Source: Ylistrum balloti (taxonomy: Eukaryota). From it: a stretch of DNA of 64,000 nucleotides. How positions within the stretch are numbered: position 1 is the first letter of the stretch; every line of letters begins with the position of its first letter. Under the pieces are notes generated by a model, which was not told the origin of the DNA, made no database searches, and saw only the letters and a program-made list of their open reading frames with translations. The position numbers and the translations under genes are program-made. The stretch is taken from assembly GCF_031769215.1 (NCBI RefSeq), contig NW_026781968.1, forward strand, positions 310,001 through 374,000, written 5' to 3'. Below, piece by piece: positions 48,651 through 64,000 of this stretch.

Positions 48651-51600
48651 ATAGTATGCGTGTTACTACAGTTTTGATGATATGATAGATAGGATCGCCC
48701 GATATAAAAATATCAATATAAGGCTTTAGTCACGTGACGTTCATAGTGTATGTATGGAGGTATTTGTGATTATGCGACAGTTGCATTGACTTAAAATCAT
48801 TCATTTATAAACACAATTGAATAATTGATAAAAATACATGTTGACGATGAGACTTTGAATACCCCACGAATATACATGTTAGTTTATGGAACAGAACAGT
48901 CGCCATGGTGAGCTGCAGATGAAAGCAACCGACATGACAGTTGATAAATAATCAGGGCGGGATGCGAGGGTTTATAAAGGGTGGAATTTGGAAAACAGTG
49001 AAAGGAAGGTTCTTATAGTATGTATAAATGTGTAATATTGAATATATATTTTCATACAGAACTTATTTTTAAACATTTGATCTACACAGGATTTTAAATC
49101 GGTTCTACTGATACTAGTACACGTATGAAGTAGGCATGTCATCTATAAAAACTCCGGAGATTTGGAATGATAGCCTTATCTAGTTAGAAATGATAATCTA
49201 TTATTATTTTAAATCTATGTTGCTTATATGGTAAATACTGGCGATATACAGCTAGTCCTGTTTAGTCATGTTATCTTCGCTGTAGATCTAAATTACTTAC
49301 TGTCGCGCCGTGTATCTAACTAGTAGCAAACTATTGACGAGCCTTGTTGCAAGAAGTACTCGCCAATATATTTTGAATATATAATGTTGAATAGCTATGT
49401 TATTTTCTGGTTAATTAAGTATGAATTTTTTTTATTTCACAATTATATCGAGATGAAAGGGTAGAATCGCCGTCTAGAATTAAGATCAATACAGTAACCG
49501 ACATAGGTACATTTCCAATAAACACGCACTTCACTCACATAGTGTTAAAAAGATCAGAAAAAGATGTGTTCCTCCTTCATAAGGCAGCACTTTATACAGA
49601 TAAGCTAAGCATAATAAGATAAAATGGTTTATTTTGCTTAAATCCACACAATTATATGACAGCTGTGACGGAGAGTAAAGCAGTCAGATGGGTGATTCCT
49701 TCCTTCCTGAATTCATAGTATCTAGCTCTGATTAAATCTATTCTGCATTAATCTGTTGTGTTTGTTCTTTATTAATTTCATGATAAGTAGGAAAAAAGAG
49801 TATCAGTGAAAGCGATGAATACTCCCCGAAAACAACTTCGGACACAAAATTTAAATAAAGGGAAATAATTATGTAATCAAGGGGTTGTAGGCCATGCATC
49901 TGGTACATTACACAATGTATACACCAAGTTTCATTATCCTAGTTTCAATAAAACCAAAACAAAGGGAAATAACTTTGTAGTCGAGAGGTCGCGAATATGA
50001 CCCACTGCACATCACCTTGCTATGATCCTTGCTGAAGTATTGACATAGTTGGCGACTTAATTTACCAGAAAACTTATTCTGAGCCCTCTCTTCTGAAAAA
50101 AACACATTTCTTTCATTAAAAAACGTCAGTTTTACACTTCCATGCATTATACCAAACTTTACCTACAGCGTAGCTATCAGGGAGAGCATTTCTTTAAGTT
50201 GTTTTCAAATTAGATCACTGGAATTTTCCTATCGGATTTTTCTTTTTATTTTCTAAATAGCAACACTCCTTCTTCATGTACCTACGGCGTTTACCTGTTA
50301 AAATTTATTCGATGTTCCAGTGTTTTTTCCCAATATCACGACAGGTCATACATACCATGGGGATGATTCCCAGTCGCTATGATTATCTCCTCTGTATTTT
50401 CCCTAGTTCCACCGATTCGGGGTTTGATATCATGTCCGTATTTTCTTACCGTTTCTTTTTTAAAGTTCAGTTTATACGTTTCATGCGACATATGTACAGT
50501 CATGAACAAACTATAAATATATTTTTATAAATCAAAATTAGCTTTCATAAATGTCTATTTGTACATTTTCATTTACACATTTATCGAATTTTACTATCAG
50601 GTATCGTTAGCAATATCAAAACGGTAACATCTTGTACTAAATCGTTATATATATCACCAATCAGAATTCAAAATTGTTCAGATAATTTTTTCTCGTGTGT
50701 ACAGCATTGCAGTCACGTGCCGAAGTATAACGAAATAAACATGGATTATTTCCATATGAAGTTAAAACGTCGATGTAAAATTGAAAAATTAAGCCATATT
50801 ATCAAATAAACTATTTAAATCAATGTTATCACTGTGGAAGATCGCTTTAAATGCTTGAATAATAAATCAAATTGTCAATATCAGCAAGCAAACTCAGTCA
50901 TCTACAACATAGCATTCTGCATCGTTTTGTCACATGCCGGATTTTATAAAAAGTTGATAAACACATTTCAAGATACTGGTCACCGAACCACATGTATTCT
51001 TATCAAACACCAATACTTTTTTTTAGTTATATAATCTAAATAGCACAAAACATGCCAAAGCTTCCCAGAAATTAAGTAATTCTCGAAAAAATTGTTTCAT
51101 GTAAAATCAGTGAACAGCACCTTACGAGAGATAAGGTTAACGAAATGAAGAAATAAGAAAAATTCACAACGGTCGAAATATCCATGTTTGTCGAAAATCA
51201 GTTGGGGAGATGCAATAGCTCCAAACACTCAATAACAGTCGACAGATATCGTTACTGAACTGAGTGAACATCAAGTGACCAGTTGTTTTCAAGAGTCAGG
51301 TCAATTAATCTGCCATAAATTATAGGTGATCCGTTGTTTATATTTGTACGGTCAATGGCTGTTCGGGTGTTTTCGACGAAAGGGAGGACGCCTACTCATT
51401 CGGAACACAGTTTCTTATTATTCACGCACTCTTTGTTCATATATGACGTTCTAACCTCAGTGTAAGGCAATCTTATTGATCATTATGACGTGTCTACCCT
51501 TGTGGCCATATTAATCTATTTGCCATTATGACGTGTCTACCCTTTTGACCATTGGTCAATATGACAGTTTATCTTTTCATTCTATAAACAGCATATTTTA

Positions 51601-52424
51601 AAACTGAAATGATACCGGAACTGCAGTACAAAAATAGATCACACCGTTATCAAAGAACAAATCATTTTATTTTTTGAGGAATATTTGTATAAATAGTAAC
51701 TCGCACTTAAATAAAATAATGGTGAAACCCACTGAATATTTGATGTTTGTTGCGATCATATATGTAACTAAAATTGATAAGTTAAACATACTAGAATATC
51801 TGTTGTTGTAAAAATCTGCCAATGTCTTAAGAAATTATCAAGGAATATATTTGATAACTATGTTTTGTATCATGTCGAATTTCATAATTTCAAAAAAAAA
51901 TTACCAGTTTCAACTTTCAAAAGAAAACTGATAGTAAAAGATAAAATTAGAATAGGTTAGGAGCACTGGTATCATGCGAATGATTTCAATAAATTAACAT
52001 CAGGGGAGATAATCCTTGATCTAAATTACCATACTTTTTTTAGTCTAACAGATATTGATTAATATTATGTATATTTTGTTTGTTTTTCTTATTGTTTGAT
52101 AATCATTTCAAAACCATATTAAAGTTTGAGGGATATACAAGTATCCCACAAAGCAGGATAGGATATAGACCTAATTGTTCACTGTCAACATAACTAAATA
52201 CATTTGCAACATGATACCCTCTTGTTCTTCAGAATGTTGTTAGAAATCACAACAGAAGAAATAATAATTATAATGCTGGAATAAACAGAAACTTTTTCCC
52301 ATGGAGAAATCATCTTAAGTACATGTAAGGCTCTTGTACATGTCATTAACTTTGTGATTTTTAAGGAAAATAATTAAGTTTCTTCAATGCTGGAGAAAAG
52401 CATAAAAATTCCTATATAAATTTC

Positions 52425-52430
52425 TTTATT
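52425..52430 (-). terminator. Candidate polyadenylation signal of the zinc-finger gene
   Basis: TTTATT on the plus strand ~190 nt past the stop codon. Confidence 0.5.
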
Positions 52431-52619
52431 CACAAAAAGAAGTAGCTAAAACTCCTCTGTAAGAAATAAGAAACCATTTTAAAGACTAGATTAAGAACCA
52501 AAACACTAACAATACTGAAACTTATTAAGGAACACAAAAGTGGAAATTTAAAAACTGAACTTTGTGACTTAAACACACCAACCTGGTCAGCCCGAAAAGT
52601 AAAAGGATGCAGGGCTTTG

Positions 52620-61565
<8,946 letters not shown>

Positions 61566-62064
61566 TTTGGTTTTGCCTAAGGAACCTCGAAGTGCCCGGA
61601 TCAAATCAAGGGGAGGTAATATTGTTTTCGCGGCAAATTCAAAGATCATGTTAAACGATTTTTTTCTCTTTTTTTTTTAACCATAAGCATTGGTCCCTCG
61701 TGATATGGCATTTATCGTCGTCTTACATGTATACTACAATGCGATAATGTAACAAAGCTAATATGGCAAAACCATTAAGATTGAACCGTCTGACTTGACC
61801 TATATCCCCGTAGTTAGGAAGTCAGTAGCAAACGTTTAATAAGTCGCTGTTTCATATGGACGGGGATAGAACATTCCGTAAAAATAGATCTGGACACGAT
61901 GGATGCCTTATATATCTTGTCTACTCAAATTTGCTATGTAGGCAGAGACCAGGCCTTGAATTTAACCTGGTTGTGTCTAGCGGTTGAGGTGATAAGTGGG
62001 CACTAGTAGGAGTGTATAATCCATCATCCATTCCTAGAAATTCCATTTATTAAGATCTGACTGA

Positions 62065-62340
62065 CGGCGCAGGGCCTTGGACAACCGTGTGTATGTTGCT
62101 GCCATCCATGGATCTGTCTAAGGCATTTGACTGCCTTCCTCATGATCTGTTGCTCAGGAAGCTGGCATGGTCTTGGTGTTGGATCACTGGACATTGTATC
62201 TAGCTATCTGGTAACAGGTTACAGCAGGTCGAGTTAGGCTCCAAATGCAGTGGCTGGCTGGAAGTGTTCAAGGGGGTTCCCCAGGGCCCAATTATGAGGC
62301 CTCTTCTTTTTAACATTTTTATAAATGACATGTTCTTTTA
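62065..62340 (+). mobile_element. CR1/L2-clade LINE reverse-transcriptase fragment
   Basis: Translates ALDNRVYVAA..MDLSKAFDCLPHDLLLRKL..NRLQQVELG..SGWLEVFKGVPQGPIMRPLLFNIFINDMF (RT domains 3-5) with frameshifts. Confidence 0.9.
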
Positions 62341-64000
62341 AGTCAGCTCATCCAAACTCCCAATGATATAATGTAAAAATACTTAAATACAATTAATTAA
62401 ATGGTTTCATGACATCCGGACACGAGAGGAGTCACGGAGACAGAAAACCAATCAACCAATGAGATTAAAACGCGTCTTCGTAAAGAAGAGTGATTTTCTG
62501 AAATGCATGGGTTGTCAAATGAACAAAGCTCCCTGAAATAGTGTCCCCTTTTCGTAATCACTTTTATGTATGTGGCAGTAATATGTACGTTACGATATGC
62601 AATTTTTTTGCATATACAATTGGGTATCCTTATGAATGCAGGATGAGTGTGTCCTTGCTTTTTTTGGTATTAATTTATGAATTTCCATTGTTTCTATGCA
62701 TGAAGTTAAACTATATGAGATGAGCTATTCCAACAGGACCCGTCTATTAATACTTTTATTTGACTTATCAACAACTGTATGATCTAGGGCCCCTTAATAT
62801 AAATATCAGAATTATGTCATTCATATTGGTTTATGTAGACATATTTAATAAAACCTAGAGAAATTAGAAATAATGACAAACATTTGTTATCGGTTAACAC
62901 ACGTTTACATTCGTTAGATTTAAGCATTTTTTATTAGATAGATATTTACAAGATAATTTGACATAACCTATAGTAGTAACTTTCTAACCTTTACTTGAAG
63001 GAGAATGGTCTAACCTGTTTCAGAAGGAGATCACACCCCGAAGGGCCGAACTTGAAACGGCTGGAAAACCAAGACCTCTGGCTAAAACTGGACGATTTAG
63101 AGTAATATAGCCGGTTATAGACCATTGTTTAGAATTTCAGGGATCCCCGAATCTCATCCTGAAAAAAAACACTGCTTTGGTCTTTGATTCCATTGACATT
63201 CCCCAGTTTTATGGAATTTGAGTTTGAATGATTATGTTGTCATGTTGGTATTTAAATTTGTTTATGTGGAAATTATCGTAACAACAGTCAATTATCGATA
63301 CACGTTACTCGATACCATTGCATACAGTAATTTGAACTTTACAACAAGTATCAATTACGGCGTCATATCCTTTGTATACAAAATTTATTCTACAATCTGT
63401 CTTATTCAATACATGTATAAGTTATGTCTAATTGTTAAAATTTAATTGTTATTCAAGATATGATGTGCACAAGGTGTTCTAAGACCTCAAGCTCCATTTA
63501 CTGTTACATGTACTTGGGAAAGGAATTAATATAAGCTGCATTTGAACATTTAGTTTTTAATAAATGTTGCCAGGCCATGATAGAGCAGAGCGGGTAAAGT
63601 TCGTGCTCCTCGACATCATAATGGTGTAAACACTGCTAAGTTTATTCAATTAGACAACGTGATTAAGAAAATCAGTATAAATGCTGTATTTAAAAAATAA
63701 GTATGTAATGAGAAATTCTGACTTAATTAACCAATATAGCGTAAACCGCCCTTTTTCTGCACCCAAAACCACTCCCTCCCCCCTCCCAAAAAAAAAAACC
63801 ACCCTCCCCCAACAAAAAGATAATGATAACAATAAAAATTTACCACTTATAACTATCTTATAACTGTGGCCTTTTCATGTTTGTTGAAACGTTTCTTAAC
63901 ATTCAAATTCTTAATCATAATCAAGAACAATCAAATATCGTTAGTATATGTAAAAAATGCAGTTTTAGTATTGGAGACGATGTATTACTCGTTCACGGAA

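Noticed and set aside
49285-50491. Possible small minus-strand spliced gene (MSHETYKLNFKKET|GTAAGA at 50491-50450, further donor-like sites at ~50358 and ~49290)
   Set aside because: No consistent exon chain or recognisable protein could be built; such donor-like matches are expected by chance.

Overview
AT-rich animal genomic DNA, most likely a bivalve mollusc. That taxon is an inference from the minisatellite-filled introns, the intronless TRIM, the SLC23 paralog and the Penelope-like and Tc1 debris. Five protein-coding genes can be assembled by hand with GT-AG junctions and matching phases. (1) The 5' part of a secreted C-type-lectin-domain gene on the minus strand (exons 1771-1708, 1363-1195, 518-406), absent from the ORF track and running off the left edge. 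(2) A complete 9-coding-exon PDCD4 (minus, 17770-9162, 455 aa). (3) An 11-exon SLC23/NAT-family transporter (plus, 31164-39806) with non-canonical substrate-site residues and an unresolved N-terminus. (4) A single-coding-exon RING-Bbox-Bbox-coiled-coil TRIM (plus, 43013-44071). (5) A 9-exon AT-hook + 8xC2H2 zinc-finger gene (minus, 61565-52620, 919 aa) resembling a BTB-less ZBTB24. The rest is two decayed Tc1-family transposons, mariner, LINE and Penelope-like fragments, non-autonomous DNA repeats and about 17 mini- or microsatellites. Most long ORFs in the track (22.7-24.1, 24.8-25.2, 33.5-34.6, 44.5-46.5, 57.1-57.6 kb) are artefacts of those repeats. No rRNA, tRNA or CRISPR array was seen. 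I found no clear-cut new multi-gene system. The best leads are minisatellites born exactly on splice donors (three cases), the divergent SLC23 binding site, and the ZBTB24-like protein with an unexplained C-terminal helical domain.
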